Source: Clostridium sp. (lineage in GTDB: Bacteria; Bacillota; Clostridia; Clostridiales; Clostridiaceae). From it: a DNA stretch of 64,000 bases. Made by a program: the position numbers and the translations under genes. Location of the stretch: assembly GCA_051653165.1 (NCBI GenBank), contig JBOFVP010000168.1, forward strand, positions 12,857 through 76,856, read 5' to 3'. Shown piece by piece: positions 50,302 through 60,914 of the stretch (positions are counted from its first letter, which is position 1; every line of letters starts with the position of its first letter). The notes under the pieces were generated by a model that was not told the DNA's origin, did not search any database, and saw nothing but the letters and a program-made list of their open reading frames with translations.

Positions 50302-51216
50302 TTAATTCATATATTCCTTAAAGTTACAATACATATTCTCTGAAATTTTCTTTGCATACTCATGATTATAATCAAGGGTTACACTTAAATTTATAATAAT
50401 TTTATTTACACTAATAATGTCTTTATACATTACATTATACTTATTAACTAATTCTACAGGTCTATCAGATGGGGCATTATCTTCATTTAAAAAACCTACC
50501 ATTTCATTATTTGCAAAAATCAGTTCATTATCTTTTATTAGTTTACTTACATCTCCAACGTAATCATTAATTTCATCACCACTTGAAATTATATTTTCTT
50601 TAATTAGAGTTTTTGTATATGCATATACATAAGAGTGAAAAACATTCTTTAAGTCTTTATCATATTCATAGGCTATTCTATGACATGCAAGTGATAGCTT
50701 ATAATCTTTCATATTTTCAAGTATTTCTGCACATTTTATATATGCTTCCCCAAATTGTTTAGCAGTGTGAATATGATTACATCCTTCTTTTAAAATTTCT
50801 AATGCTTTTTCAAAATTCCACTCATAAAACTCTATATCAACCTTATCAAGATATACGTTCCAATCAATTGGATTATAATCTAAAGCTTCATTTAAAAACT
50901 TTCTTGCTTTATCATATTCATTATTAAATATATAAAATCTAGCTAATACATTATAATAATGTTTTATATTTAATGGGCATGTTGAAACTTCCATACTATT
51001 TTCAATATAGATATTACTAATATACTCAAGTTCATAATAATTATTAGGGTTCAAAAGTAACTTCGTTGACTGTTTTTGTAACCTATTAATTAAATCTAAA
51101 TATGGTTGTGCTTCTTTTTCGTATTTACTCATTTCTTCTTTATCTTCGCTACAAACTATAGCTTCCATATTATCAAGAATACCTATAAACTCATCTTGTA
51201 ACTTATCCAAATTCAT
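50302..51216 (-). CDS. Tetratricopeptide-repeat protein
   Basis: YYNVLARFY...YDKARKFLNEALDYNP followed by further TPR-like helical pairs. Confidence 0.7.
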   Translation of the reverse strand: MNLDKLQDEFIGILDNMEAIVCSEDKEEMSKYEKEAQPYLDLINRLQKQSTKLLLNPNNYYELEYISNIYIENSMEVSTCPLNIKHYYNVLARFYIFNNEYDKARKFLNEALDYNPIDWNVYLDKVDIEFYEWNFEKALEILKEGCNHIHTAKQFGEAYIKCAEILENMKDYKLSLACHRIAYEYDKDLKNVFHSYVYAYTKTLIKENIISSGDEINDYVGDVSKLIKDNELIFANNEMVGFLNEDNAPSDRPVELVNKYNVMYKDIISVNKIIINLSVTLDYNHEYAKKISENMYCNFKEYMN

Positions 51217-51310
51217 AAAAATACCCCACCCTTTTACATATTATTTCATAACTATATTATAACTGTATTAATGATATTTGGATACATCTATTACATAATT
51301 TTGTTAATGT

Positions 51311-52042
51311 TTATTTACTACAATATATTTCAATTGCCTTCCATATAAATTCTGCTGTTCCTTCCCCATTTGTATCAATATTATTTTTAAATCTTTCATC
51401 ATATACATACATTTGCCCAAGCCCACTTAGTATTTCAATTGTACAATTATAAAAGCTCTTTGTAATATACCCTCTCCACTCTTCAACTAACCTCTGAGCA
51501 TCAGTTGACTCTGGACTTCCTTCCTTAATTTCAGAAAAGGCTTTTAATATTTTAGAACCTTCATCAAAGGTTTCCCCCCATTTATCTTTTGAATAACTCT
51601 TTGTTTTTGCTTCACATTCTTTATATGCATCTGTTTCACCCCATTTTGATTTAACCTCCTTTGCATATTTTTTCTTTGTTTCCTCTATTTCTAAATTATT
51701 AAATTCTTTAAAGCTCATATTTTCTTCTCCTTTAATTGATTTATTAATTAGCCCTATGATTCCTTCTAATCTTTCTCTCTTCTTCATTAATAATTCCCTT
51801 TGCTTTATCAGCGCCTCTTCCTTATTATAGTTTTTATTCCCCATTATTTCCTTAATCTCTTTTAAAGAAAAATCTAACTCCTTAAAGAACAGTATTTGCT
51901 GAAGTGTTTCTAAAGACTCCTTTGAATATACTCTATATCCATTCTCTGTTATTTCTGTTGGAACTAATAATCCAATTTTATCGTAATGGTGGAGAGTTCT
52001 AACAGTTATTCCTGTTAATTTTGCAAGTTCACTTATTTTCAT
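51311..52042 (-). CDS. MerR family regulator, Mta/TipA type
   Basis: ISELAKLTGITVRTLHHYDKIGLL HTH; TipAS-like C-terminus GLGQMYVYDERF. Confidence 0.93.
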   Translation of the reverse strand: MKISELAKLTGITVRTLHHYDKIGLLVPTEITENGYRVYSKESLETLQQILFFKELDFSLKEIKEIMGNKNYNKEEALIKQRELLMKKRERLEGIIGLINKSIKGEENMSFKEFNNLEIEETKKKYAKEVKSKWGETDAYKECEAKTKSYSKDKWGETFDEGSKILKAFSEIKEGSPESTDAQRLVEEWRGYITKSFYNCTIEILSGLGQMYVYDERFKNNIDTNGEGTAEFIWKAIEIYCSK

Positions 52043-52076
52043 TGTATCAACTTCCTTCTTTGGATATCCTACTATT

Positions 52077-52107
52077 AGAATAAACTATTACCTAATGTAA
52101 TAGTCAA
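52077..52107 (-). promoter_or_regulatory. MerR-type autoregulated promoter with operator
   Basis: TTGACT-N19-TATTCT with dyad ACTATTAC-N5-GTAATAGT. Confidence 0.85.
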
Positions 52108-52188
52108 GAGCTTTTAGATAAAATTTGAATAAATTAATTATTCAAAAAGAAGGTGTGGTCAAACCTTAACCACACCTAAACTTTTTAA

Positions 52189-53187
52189 TTAACTATTAAT
52201 AAATTCTCCGCTCTCATATTGCTTTTTACCAATTATTATACTAGAAAATAATAAAATAAAAATTATTACTATAATAAATGCTAAATCTTCTAAATTGAAT
52301 TTGTTAGCTAAATCTATCATTCTCTTTTGGGGAAGTAGTCCACGTATAAAACCTATAATTTTATTACTATCTTCTATATTAACTAAGCATCCTCCAAAAA
52401 GTGAAGTTATCATTACAATTATTGAACCACCCATTGATGCTGATACCCTATCTTTGAAAATAGTTGCTATAAACATGGCAAATGTACCACTTAATATCCC
52501 TAAAAGTATAACTAAAAGTCCAAGTAATACATAGCTTATTTCTATGTTAATACCAAGTACCATTATAATACCCACAGTCCATAGAGTTGCTGGCGTTGTT
52601 AATACCACTATAGAATATAAAAGTTGACCACACATGTATTGAAAATATGATGTATTTCCACTTAATACTCTTGTGTAGGTTCCATTTTCTTTATCACACA
52701 GGAAGAATTCCATTACCATTGAAACCCCTCCCATAAGAAGAAACATAATCAAAAACCCAATAACCTTTCCAACAACTGTTGTTTTATTTTCTACACCTTC
52801 ATAGGGTGCACCAGTAAAAATACTCTCAATAGCTTTCTTAATTTCCTCATTTCCATAGGATGTTATTTTAGGTACTCCCATATTGTCTATTTCTCTAAAA
52901 TCAACCTGAGCTATATAAATACCTTTTATTAAGCTAGTTTTTGATACTGATTCTTCAAAATACTCAATTTTAAACTTATCATTATTTTCAAATCCTTTTG
53001 TTATAACCTCTTTAGCTTCATTACTTACAGATATCATTGCTATATTTCCTTTAATATCATCCCCTGATGAAAAGTAAAGTCCAAGTAGTATTACAATTGG
53101 CATTATAATTAGACCCATCACTATCATTACCTTATCTTTTGAAAATCTATATAAGTTATTCTTCATAACTAAAAGCATATTTCTCAT
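52189..53187 (-). CDS. ABC-2 type exporter permease
   Basis: DKENGTYTRVL motif, TM topology with an extracytoplasmic loop. Confidence 0.85.
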   Translation of the reverse strand: MRNMLLVMKNNLYRFSKDKVMIVMGLIIMPIVILLGLYFSSGDDIKGNIAMISVSNEAKEVITKGFENNDKFKIEYFEESVSKTSLIKGIYIAQVDFREIDNMGVPKITSYGNEEIKKAIESIFTGAPYEGVENKTTVVGKVIGFLIMFLLMGGVSMVMEFFLCDKENGTYTRVLSGNTSYFQYMCGQLLYSIVVLTTPATLWTVGIIMVLGINIEISYVLLGLLVILLGILSGTFAMFIATIFKDRVSASMGGSIIVMITSLFGGCLVNIEDSNKIIGFIRGLLPQKRMIDLANKFNLEDLAFIIVIIFILLFSSIIIGKKQYESGEFINS

Positions 53188-53200
53188 TTCAAACCCTCCC

Positions 53201-53932
53201 CTATAGATATTTCTCAGTTTTAAAGGTTTTAGAAGTTATTAATACTAAAACTAAACCAAGAACTAAATTAATTATAATTGCAATATAAATTAACAAGTTA
53301 TTACTATCATACATGGAGTTTAAAATACCATCCATAAACCACTTAACTGGTGAAAATTTTGCAATCATAGCTGGAATACCTCCAAGGGCTTCAAGTGAAA
53401 AAAATGCTCCTCCAAGTACACATAATATTGTTTGAAGTAGATTGAATATAAGATTAACCTCCCCTACATTCTTCATCTTCGTGCATAAAAACATTCCTAG
53501 AGCATTTGACATAAATGAAAAAACAATAAAACATAGTAATATTAATAAAAATGATCCATTATAATCTACCTTAAATACAAGATTGAACACACCCATTGCA
53601 AAGGCAGATGCAAGAGCTGAATATATTGTTCCACTAATGATTTGAGAAAAGAATATTGAAAAATCTCCACTTGGCGAGAACATTGTTCTAACATTGCCAC
53701 TTTTAACATTATCATCTAAAAAATTATATACAGAAATTAGCCCTGACCCTGCAAACATAAAAATCATCATACCTACTGAGTAATATTCATAAGAAGAAAC
53801 ATCTCCGCCAAAGCCTCCCTGTGCTAAATACCCTATTATTGCTGTTAGAAGTATTGGGTATACAAAAAACATCATAAACATTATTGGTGTTTTTATTATA
53901 AGTTTTGTTTGAAATTTTATCATATTAAACAT
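53201..53932 (-). CDS. ABC-2 type exporter permease
   Basis: 6 TM, LGGAFF...AKFSPVKW. Confidence 0.85.
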   Translation of the reverse strand: MFNMIKFQTKLIIKTPIMFMMFFVYPILLTAIIGYLAQGGFGGDVSSYEYYSVGMMIFMFAGSGLISVYNFLDDNVKSGNVRTMFSPSGDFSIFFSQIISGTIYSALASAFAMGVFNLVFKVDYNGSFLLILLCFIVFSFMSNALGMFLCTKMKNVGEVNLIFNLLQTILCVLGGAFFSLEALGGIPAMIAKFSPVKWFMDGILNSMYDSNNLLIYIAIIINLVLGLVLVLITSKTFKTEKYL

Positions 53933-53946
53933 TTAATTTCCCCCTC

Positions 53947-54879
53947 CTAATCTCTTAGAGTTCTTCCTGTTAAATTTAAGAATATACTCTCAAGGGAAGG
54001 TTCTTCATTTAATATTTTTGTTATTTTAACCTTATTTTCTATGAGATTTAATATGATTTTATCTAGATTGTTTTTATTTTTATCTGATGAGATAATTAAA
54101 TAGTCTAGCAAATCAACTTTATTGATTCCATCAATTATAGTTAATATATTTTTATCAAATTCATTTAACCCTTCACCGTAAATATTATAAATAATATTTT
54201 CATCTAGGCTACTTTTAAGTTCATCTAAGGTTCCGCAAGCTATTATGCTCCCTTTATCCACTATTAAAACCCTATCGCAAATTGCTTCAACCTCTTCCAT
54301 GTAGTGTGTTGTATAGATTATTGTAGTTCCGTTTTCTCTAAGGGTTTTAATTGATTCTAATATGTGATTTCTAGATTGTGGATCTATTCCAACTGTAGGT
54401 TCATCTAGAATTAAAAGCTTTGGCTCATGAGCAAGTGCACAAGCTATATTTAATCTTCTTTTCATTCCACCTGAAAAAGTTTTTGGAAGATCATCTTTTC
54501 TATCTAGTAATCCAACCATTTCTAAAGCCTTTTCAGATTTTTTTATTAAATTATCTCCCTTTAATCCATAAAGACTTCCAAAATATTTAATATTCTCTAT
54601 TGCTGGAATAGCTTCAAAAATAGCTAAACTTTGAGGAACTAATCCTAATGACTTTTTAAAATCTTTATTATCCTTTAAGATGCTCTTACCTTGAAATTTG
54701 ATTTGCCCCTCTGTTGGTCTTAATGCAGTTGATAATATATTAATAGTTGTACTTTTACCTGCACCATTTGGTCCAAGTAAACCAAGGATTTCTCCCTTCT
54801 TTACTTGAAAGGAAATCCCTTTAACAACTAACTCCTTATCATACTTCTTTTTTAATTCATCTACTTCTAATAAATTCAT
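53947..54879 (-). CDS. ABC exporter ATP-binding protein (LnrL/SagG-like)
   Basis: GPNGAGKST, FSGGMKRRLNIA, LDEPTVGIDPQSR, TTHYMEE. Confidence 0.93.
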   Translation of the reverse strand: MNLLEVDELKKKYDKELVVKGISFQVKKGEILGLLGPNGAGKSTTINILSTALRPTEGQIKFQGKSILKDNKDFKKSLGLVPQSLAIFEAIPAIENIKYFGSLYGLKGDNLIKKSEKALEMVGLLDRKDDLPKTFSGGMKRRLNIACALAHEPKLLILDEPTVGIDPQSRNHILESIKTLRENGTTIIYTTHYMEEVEAICDRVLIVDKGSIIACGTLDELKSSLDENIIYNIYGEGLNEFDKNILTIIDGINKVDLLDYLIISSDKNKNNLDKIILNLIENKVKITKILNEEPSLESIFLNLTGRTLRD

Positions 54880-54912
54880 TGTCTTACCCCGTTTCCTTAA
54901 AATTATATTTTC

Positions 54913-54943
54913 ATTTTAAGGGTGGGTGTAACCCACAGGTCAA
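54913..54943 (-). promoter_or_regulatory. MerR-type promoter and operator of the ABC exporter operon
   Basis: TTGACC-N19-TAAAAT with dyad GTGGGT-TAC-ACCCAC in the spacer. Confidence 0.85.
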
Positions 54944-54964
54944 TAGTTTTTTTATTAGAAAATT

Positions 54965-55807
54965 TTATTTTACAGGTGTATATATTTCTAGATATTGAAC
55001 CCCTAAGTTCTTCTTAAAACCATTAAATAATAAATTTACATAGGAAACTCCCATTAGCTCTACATTTTGTTCCCTAGCCTTTTCCTTTAATATAGCTAAA
55101 ATATCTCCATCTATATTTTTATCATTTGAATCTAAATATACCCCTACAACAAAGTATAGACACTTTTCATACGCTACTACTTTATTTTCAAGTGATCCCT
55201 TAAAAAGCTCATTTCCTGTTAATGCCTCTCCATTTATTTCAGATACATCTACCTTTGTGAAGAATCCGTATTTTTCACTTAAAACATTATTATCATCAAA
55301 ATGTACAAATCTACACATACCTGTGAGGGAAACTGCCTTTTTCATTCTTCCTGAATAATCGTGATTTTCTAGGATTGTTGTTAAAAGTTCTCCCATATCC
55401 CCTTGACCTTCAATTTCCTTTTTAATTAACATTGGCTTCATCTCTCTAATAGTAAACTTCTCAAGATTTTCATTAATATCATTTATGTTATCTCTAATTT
55501 CTTCAATGCGATTTAACAATATCTTCTTATATTCAATTTCTTCCTCTATTTTATTCTGTTTTTCTTTTAGGATATCATCTATTCCCTTTAAATCTTTTCC
55601 ATTTTTTATTTCTTGTATTTTCTTGATTTCTATATCAATATCCCTAAAGAAATTAATAATCATAACCTCACTAATATCAATTAAATCATATTTTCTATAT
55701 CCATTTTCTTCATCTTGTCTTGGATTAATTAAATTCTTTTCTTCATAAAATTTTAAGGTATCCCTAGAGATACCCAAAAATTTAGCTACTTGACCAACCG
55801 TATACAT
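54965..55807 (-). CDS. MerR family regulator with C-terminal effector domain
   Basis: YTVGQVAKFLGISRDTLKFYEEKNLI...NGYRKY; ATG 55807 after GGTGGAG. Confidence 0.9.
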   Translation of the reverse strand: MYTVGQVAKFLGISRDTLKFYEEKNLINPRQDEENGYRKYDLIDISEVMIINFFRDIDIEIKKIQEIKNGKDLKGIDDILKEKQNKIEEEIEYKKILLNRIEEIRDNINDINENLEKFTIREMKPMLIKKEIEGQGDMGELLTTILENHDYSGRMKKAVSLTGMCRFVHFDDNNVLSEKYGFFTKVDVSEINGEALTGNELFKGSLENKVVAYEKCLYFVVGVYLDSNDKNIDGDILAILKEKAREQNVELMGVSYVNLLFNGFKKNLGVQYLEIYTPVK

Positions 55808-55844
55808 AAACTCCACCAACCTTTATAACATGTCCATTTATATT

Positions 55845-56726
55845 TTAGGCTAAATAACTATCTATTACTCTTTTAGAGAGCCCTCCATGAATTACCCTTA
55901 TATTATCACCCTCATTATATTTACAATAATCATATACCCTAAATTTAATTTCCCTTCTATTTTTAAAATCTGTAACATATATCTCATAATAAGTTCTATG
56001 GCTTCTAGATTGCTCTTTCCAAACAACTCCTGTACATTTCCCCTCTGTTTCAGTAAATATTCCAAAGATTAAATCAGCTATATAAAATAGTTCAATTAAA
56101 GATATTCCCCCAAAAACAAATATTCCTAACAAGTCATTTGGTTTAATTGCAATAAAAAACACCCCTATAATAATTAGATTATAATAATTTATATTATTAA
56201 TTCTCTTTCCCACAGGAACACTTACATGAGGAGTAGCCATAGGCTTTATCTTCCAAAAAAGTGTTGCCTCTGCTTCCTTTTCTCCACCATTTTGGTATTC
56301 TCTCCATGCTTTTTGAGTATCAGTTAATCCCATTAATGCAACTAATGAATTTTCCCTACTTTTATATAAAGACATATATCCACCTAGCATTATTAATGAT
56401 GATGCAATAATTGAAATGTTTCTCACAATTATTATTGTAAATAAAATGTACACTATAAATGGTATGGTTAAAATCTTCATTCCATACATTTTTTTTCTTA
56501 ACTCTTTTTTTTCCTCTTCATTAATATCCTTATTTTCATTAAAAAATATAAAAATAAAGGTAATAACTAGAGACATAATAGTAAATGTATTTATTGAGTT
56601 AACACCATCTAATGACTTACCATCACCATTTAATATATAGAATCTTCCATTGCTAAATAAGTTTAAAACTATAGGTAATAAACAAAATATTCTTAAATCA
56701 TCAAATCCTCTTTTTTCACTCCACAT
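55845..56726 (-). CDS. Hypothetical integral membrane protein
   Basis: Multiple TM segments and a small C-terminal beta domain. Confidence 0.7.
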   Translation of the reverse strand: MWSEKRGFDDLRIFCLLPIVLNLFSNGRFYILNGDGKSLDGVNSINTFTIMSLVITFIFIFFNENKDINEEEKKELRKKMYGMKILTIPFIVYILFTIIIVRNISIIASSLIMLGGYMSLYKSRENSLVALMGLTDTQKAWREYQNGGEKEAEATLFWKIKPMATPHVSVPVGKRINNINYYNLIIIGVFFIAIKPNDLLGIFVFGGISLIELFYIADLIFGIFTETEGKCTGVVWKEQSRSHRTYYEIYVTDFKNRREIKFRVYDYCKYNEGDNIRVIHGGLSKRVIDSYLA

Positions 56727-56747
56727 AACAAATCCACCTTACTGAAC

Positions 56748-57329
56748 TTAATCTATTTTTATCTCAAGACTATCTAATAATGATACAACTTCTGGAAATG
56801 AAAATTTAGCATCCTTTAACCTATTTGTTTTTATGTCAACTACATATCCTCTAGATTCTCTAAAGTCACACTTTCTAAGGTCACTTTTTATAAACTGTGT
56901 TCCTTCTAATCTACAATCCTTAAACTTAGTTTCTCTAAGATCACATTCTTCAAAGGATGACTCTTGAATTGTATTTTTAGAAAAGTTATACTTTGATAAA
57001 TTTAAATCTAAAAAATTGTTATATTTTAATACACAATCCTTTATTTCACTAAAAATATGCCCATATTTATTGAAAGGAATAAATTGTCTCCAGTTTATCC
57101 CAACTAGATTACATTTAGTAAATGATGTGTTTTTTATTTCGCTATGCCTTCCTTCTAATACAACTATATTACAATTAACAAACTCACAGCTTAATACTCT
57201 ACAAGCAGATAGCTTACACTCTTCAAAAGTGCATCCTATGAATGTACATTCTTCATAAACACAATCATTAAATGCTTCCCCTGTGAACTTTTTTCCTTCT
57301 ATGGTTTTTCCTTCAAAATAATTTTCCAT
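56748..57329 (-). CDS. Pentapeptide repeat protein
   Basis: Repeating (C/S/T)-x-F/L-x-x pentamers, e.g. CTFIGCTFEECKL and CDLRETKFKDCRLEGTQFIKSDLRKCDF. Confidence 0.9.
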   Translation of the reverse strand: MENYFEGKTIEGKKFTGEAFNDCVYEECTFIGCTFEECKLSACRVLSCEFVNCNIVVLEGRHSEIKNTSFTKCNLVGINWRQFIPFNKYGHIFSEIKDCVLKYNNFLDLNLSKYNFSKNTIQESSFEECDLRETKFKDCRLEGTQFIKSDLRKCDFRESRGYVVDIKTNRLKDAKFSFPEVVSLLDSLEIKID

Positions 57330-57347
57330 TTTATTTAATCCCCTTTT

Positions 57348-57692
57348 CTATTTTAATTGTTTTCTAGCATTGAAAAAGCTTTTGTAACTTAAATATATTG
57401 TTCCTACTGCCATTGATAAAAATGATATTAGTACTACTTTATCAATTCCTTCCCCTCTTTTTTTTGTATTTATAGATGCGTTTATAATCATAATAAACAC
57501 TAATATACAAGTAAATATTGGATTTTCTAATCCGAATATTAAATCTAATATATATCCAACGATTATTAATTGAATTATAGCCCTTAATATACTAACAATA
57601 ATTTCTTTTTCTAATCCTAATTCCTCTTTGTATGATATAAATATTGGTATAACTATTAAAACTGATGCCATTAATAAAGATAGAGTTTCCAT
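57348..57692 (-). pseudogene. fetB: FetB/YbbM ABC permease with apparent internal in-frame deletion
   Basis: N-terminal LGLEKEIIVSILRAIIQLIIVGYIL joined directly to a C-terminus-like YLSYKSFFNARKQLK; 114 aa versus about 250 aa typical. Confidence 0.7.
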
Positions 57693-58348
57693 TTAGTTAA
57701 TCTCCTCCATCTTTATTAATCTCCCATTTTCAAGGGTTATTCTCTTATTAAAAATACTAGTACTTTGAGATAAATTATGAGTTATCCATAGTATAGTTAC
57801 TCCACTTAAGTTTAATTCTTTTATGTAGTTTTCAAAGTTTTTTGAGTTTTGGTTATCTAATGCCGATGTTGCTTCATCTAACAAGAGAATTTTAGGAGTG
57901 AATATTAAGTTCCTTATAATGGATACTCTTTGTTTTTCTCCTCCTGATAGTAGGTTTATATTTTTATGCAAAAAATTTTCATCTAGATTGAATTTCTTAA
58001 ATAAATCTAGTATTCTTTTTTCATCTATAATTTTATTTCTTATTTAAATGGAAAGGTTACATTTTCATATACTGTTTCCCCGAATAGGGTTGGTATTTGA
58101 ATACAATAACTTATTTCTCTTCTAAGGTGTATTGGGTCGTATTCTATATACTGCTTTTCATTATATATTAACCCTCCCTTTGTCTGTGTAGTTAAGTCAC
58201 TAATAATTTTTAGTAGCGTACTTTTTCCACTGCCTGACTCCCCTATTATTGATATACAGTCTCCCTTTTCTACATTGAAGGAAATGTTATTTAATATGGT
58301 TTTATCATTGCTTTGGTATGTTAGATTTTTTATTCTTAATATTTTCAT
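57693..58348 (-). pseudogene. fetA: FetA/YbbL ABC ATP-binding protein, frameshifted
   Basis: Walker A GESGSGKST in one frame, LSGGEKQR/LLDEAT in another; adding one A near 58042 (TTT AAA [A]TA AGA) restores FPFKIRNKIIDEKR. Confidence 0.85.
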
Positions 58349-58473
58349 GCTGCCTCTTCCTTTTAGTCTAATTTTATTATGAATAAATAATATCATTTTT
58401 AGTATTTATTTTCAAAATTATATTTAAAAAGAAGTTACTTTAAAAGTAACCTCATTTTCATCAAAACTATACA

Positions 58474-58977
58474 TTAAAAAATATTAGTACTCCTTTTTTC
58501 CATAAGCATAACATCCATCCAACTACCAAATATATCTTTACCTAATGATTTTTTTACCCCTACTATATTAAATCCGCATTCTTTATGCAATTTTATACTT
58601 GCCTCATTATTTAGAAAGATGTTAGAGTTTAATGTCCAGAACCCCTTTTCTTCTGATTGTAGCACTAAATATCTTAATAATAATTTCCCTAACCCTTTAT
58701 TAGTGAACTTAGGATGAATATATATACACACTTCTCCTACACCTGAGTATACCTCACGCTCACTTACTTTTGATATTCCTGTAAACCCAATTACTGTATT
58801 GTTTTGTATCAAAACAAAAGTTAGATTTAGTACATGACCTTTAATCCATTCATCACAAGTTGGTGTTTTATCTCTAAATGTACTCTTACCCTCATTTATA
58901 TAATAATCAAATATGTTTGATATTTCTTTAAAATGTTCCTTACTAAATAATTTTATTTCCATGTACATTCTCCCCAT
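58474..58977 (-). CDS. GNAT N-acetyltransferase (phosphinothricin/MSO acetyltransferase YncA-like)
   Basis: YSGVGEVCIYIHP..NKGLGKLL, NEASIKLHKECGF..VG, WMDV. Confidence 0.88.
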   Translation of the reverse strand: MGRMYMEIKLFSKEHFKEISNIFDYYINEGKSTFRDKTPTCDEWIKGHVLNLTFVLIQNNTVIGFTGISKVSEREVYSGVGEVCIYIHPKFTNKGLGKLLLRYLVLQSEEKGFWTLNSNIFLNNEASIKLHKECGFNIVGVKKSLGKDIFGSWMDVMLMEKRSTNIF

Positions 58978-58992
58978 TAGTATAATTGTATA

Positions 58993-59145
58993 CTATCCTT
59001 CTGATACTTCTCTCATAAATACTAAATAACCATCATTAAATGCTACAAGCCTCCATCCCTTTTCACCAAGAAAATTGCACTTATGCTCAATATTATCCCT
59101 AGATATTGGAATTATTATCTCCACCTTATATTCATACCCCTGCAT
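58993..59145 (-). CDS. Unannotated 50-aa DUF4177-like protein
   Basis: Read from sequence: AAGGAGG RBS; MQGYEYKV...NFLGEKGWRLV...LVFMRE. Confidence 0.75.
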   Translation of the reverse strand: MQGYEYKVEIIIPISRDNIEHKCNFLGEKGWRLVAFNDGYLVFMREVSEG

Positions 59146-59214
59146 AAAGGTCCTCCTTAAATATGATTATAAGATATATATATGATGCTACTTAAGAATT
59201 TACACATTTAAAAT

Positions 59215-59523
59215 TTATACAATTGCTTGAAGTTTTACTCTATTCCAATACTCCACACATATGTAAGATAGCCCACCCTCTAAGTCACAAGTATCTATTC
59301 TAATTCCATCATCATCATTTAACTTTGTTCCTAGACAAATAATTGTATATACCTGTTCCTCTTTTTTAGGATCAAAATTAACCATTACAACTCCAGAATC
59401 CTCTTTAATTTTATCTATAACTCGTCTAAAGCTCTCCACACCATTTAAATTATTCACCTTTAAATTTTCTCCAAAGCTTAAAGCAAGTTTTATATATTCA
59501 TTTTTATATTCCATTAAATCCAT
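59215..59523 (-). CDS. Hypothetical protein
   Basis: GGGGTG RBS, own upstream extended -10; no confident family. Confidence 0.65.
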   Translation of the reverse strand: MDLMEYKNEYIKLALSFGENLKVNNLNGVESFRRVIDKIKEDSGVVMVNFDPKKEEQVYTIICLGTKLNDDDGIRIDTCDLEGGLSYICVEYWNRVKLQAIV

Positions 59524-59670
59524 TTAATCACCCCATACATTAAATTATCATACCTATATTTTACCACATATTCTATTCATAGTAAAAAAATGTTATATGT
59601 TTTTTTCCTTATAATATGATAAAATTGTTATTGCAGGTAAAATTATGTTACATTTAAGGGGGTTTTATTA

Positions 59671-60894
59671 TTGAGAAATTTATTAAGTACATATAGGGGT
59701 TTACCTAAAGAAATATATGTAATTTTCATTGGAAAAACGGTTACTTGTATTGGTGCTTTTATACACCCACTGCTTTCCTTGATTCTTACTCAGAAAATTG
59801 GATTATCTACTAGTGATGCTGGAAAATTTATAACTTTAATTGCAATACTTCAGGCACCTTGTATTATATTAGGTGGAAAGCTTTCTGATATTTGGGGTAG
59901 AAAAAAGGTTATTTTTACTTTTCAAGGATTAAGCATTTTTTTATATATTATATGTGGGCTTTTAGAACCAAGTATAACTCAAGCCTACTTTATTATTGCT
60001 GCTTCTTGTTGTTCCTCAGCTGCAACACCTGCCTATGATGCTTTAAATGGTGATTTAACAAATTCTAAGAATAGAAAGGCTTCTTATTCTTTAATCTATA
60101 TGGGAGTTAATCTTGGATTTTCTATTGGTCCTGTTCTTGGCGGATTATTTTATAACGATTATTTATGGTTAATATTTATTGGAGATGCCTTAACAACCTT
60201 AGCTTCTCTATTATTAATTATGTTTTTTGTTAATGAACCAAAAAGAATTAAAGGTGATACTGTGATAAATGAAAGTACTTTAGAGAAAGAAGAGAGTGGA
60301 AGTATATTTAAAGTTTTATTTAGCAGACCTGTTCTTATACTTTACGCTTTAGTTATGCTTACCTTCCAATTTGGTTATTCACAATGGGGATTTGCTCTTC
60401 CAATTCAAATGGGTGAATTATTTGGAAGTAATGGTGCTAGTTATTATGGTATACTTGGTGGTTTAAATGGACTGTTAGTTGTGGTTTTAACTCCACTTAT
60501 TACTAATATTACTAAGAAGAAAAATATGGTTCGTGTTATGGCATGTGGTGGTTTTTTATATGCATTAACCTTTACTGTTTTAAGTTTTTCTAAGATTTTA
60601 CCAATGTTCTTCTTATCGCTTATTATTTTAACTATGGGTGAGGTTTGTATTTCTATTAACTCTAGTGCATTTTTAGCTAATAATACTCCATCTTCACATA
60701 GAGGAAGAATGAATTCTTTAATTCCCTTAATTTATGGATGTGGATATGCTTTTGGTCCTACAATAATGGGATATTTTTTAAATAACTTTTCAATTTCTAT
60801 TGCTTGGATTGTAGTCTCATTAATTGTTTTTATTGGATCGATTTTTATGTATTTTATAGTTTTTAAAAAATCAAAGGAGAGTAGCTCAATGTAG
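59671..60894 (+). CDS. MFS transporter
   Basis: GGKLSDIWGRKKV motif A; about 12 TM; TTG start after AAGGGGG. Confidence 0.92.
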   Translation: MRNLLSTYRGLPKEIYVIFIGKTVTCIGAFIHPLLSLILTQKIGLSTSDAGKFITLIAILQAPCIILGGKLSDIWGRKKVIFTFQGLSIFLYIICGLLEPSITQAYFIIAASCCSSAATPAYDALNGDLTNSKNRKASYSLIYMGVNLGFSIGPVLGGLFYNDYLWLIFIGDALTTLASLLLIMFFVNEPKRIKGDTVINESTLEKEESGSIFKVLFSRPVLILYALVMLTFQFGYSQWGFALPIQMGELFGSNGASYYGILGGLNGLLVVVLTPLITNITKKKNMVRVMACGGFLYALTFTVLSFSKILPMFFLSLIILTMGEVCISINSSAFLANNTPSSHRGRMNSLIPLIYGCGYAFGPTIMGYFLNNFSISIAWIVVSLIVFIGSIFMYFIVFKKSKESSSM

Positions 60895-60914
60895 CACTCT
60901 CCTTTAAATTCTAT

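Noticed and set aside
56748-57329. Qnr quinolone-resistance gene
   Set aside because: Generic chromosomal pentapeptide repeat protein; Qnr-specific loops cannot be confirmed by eye
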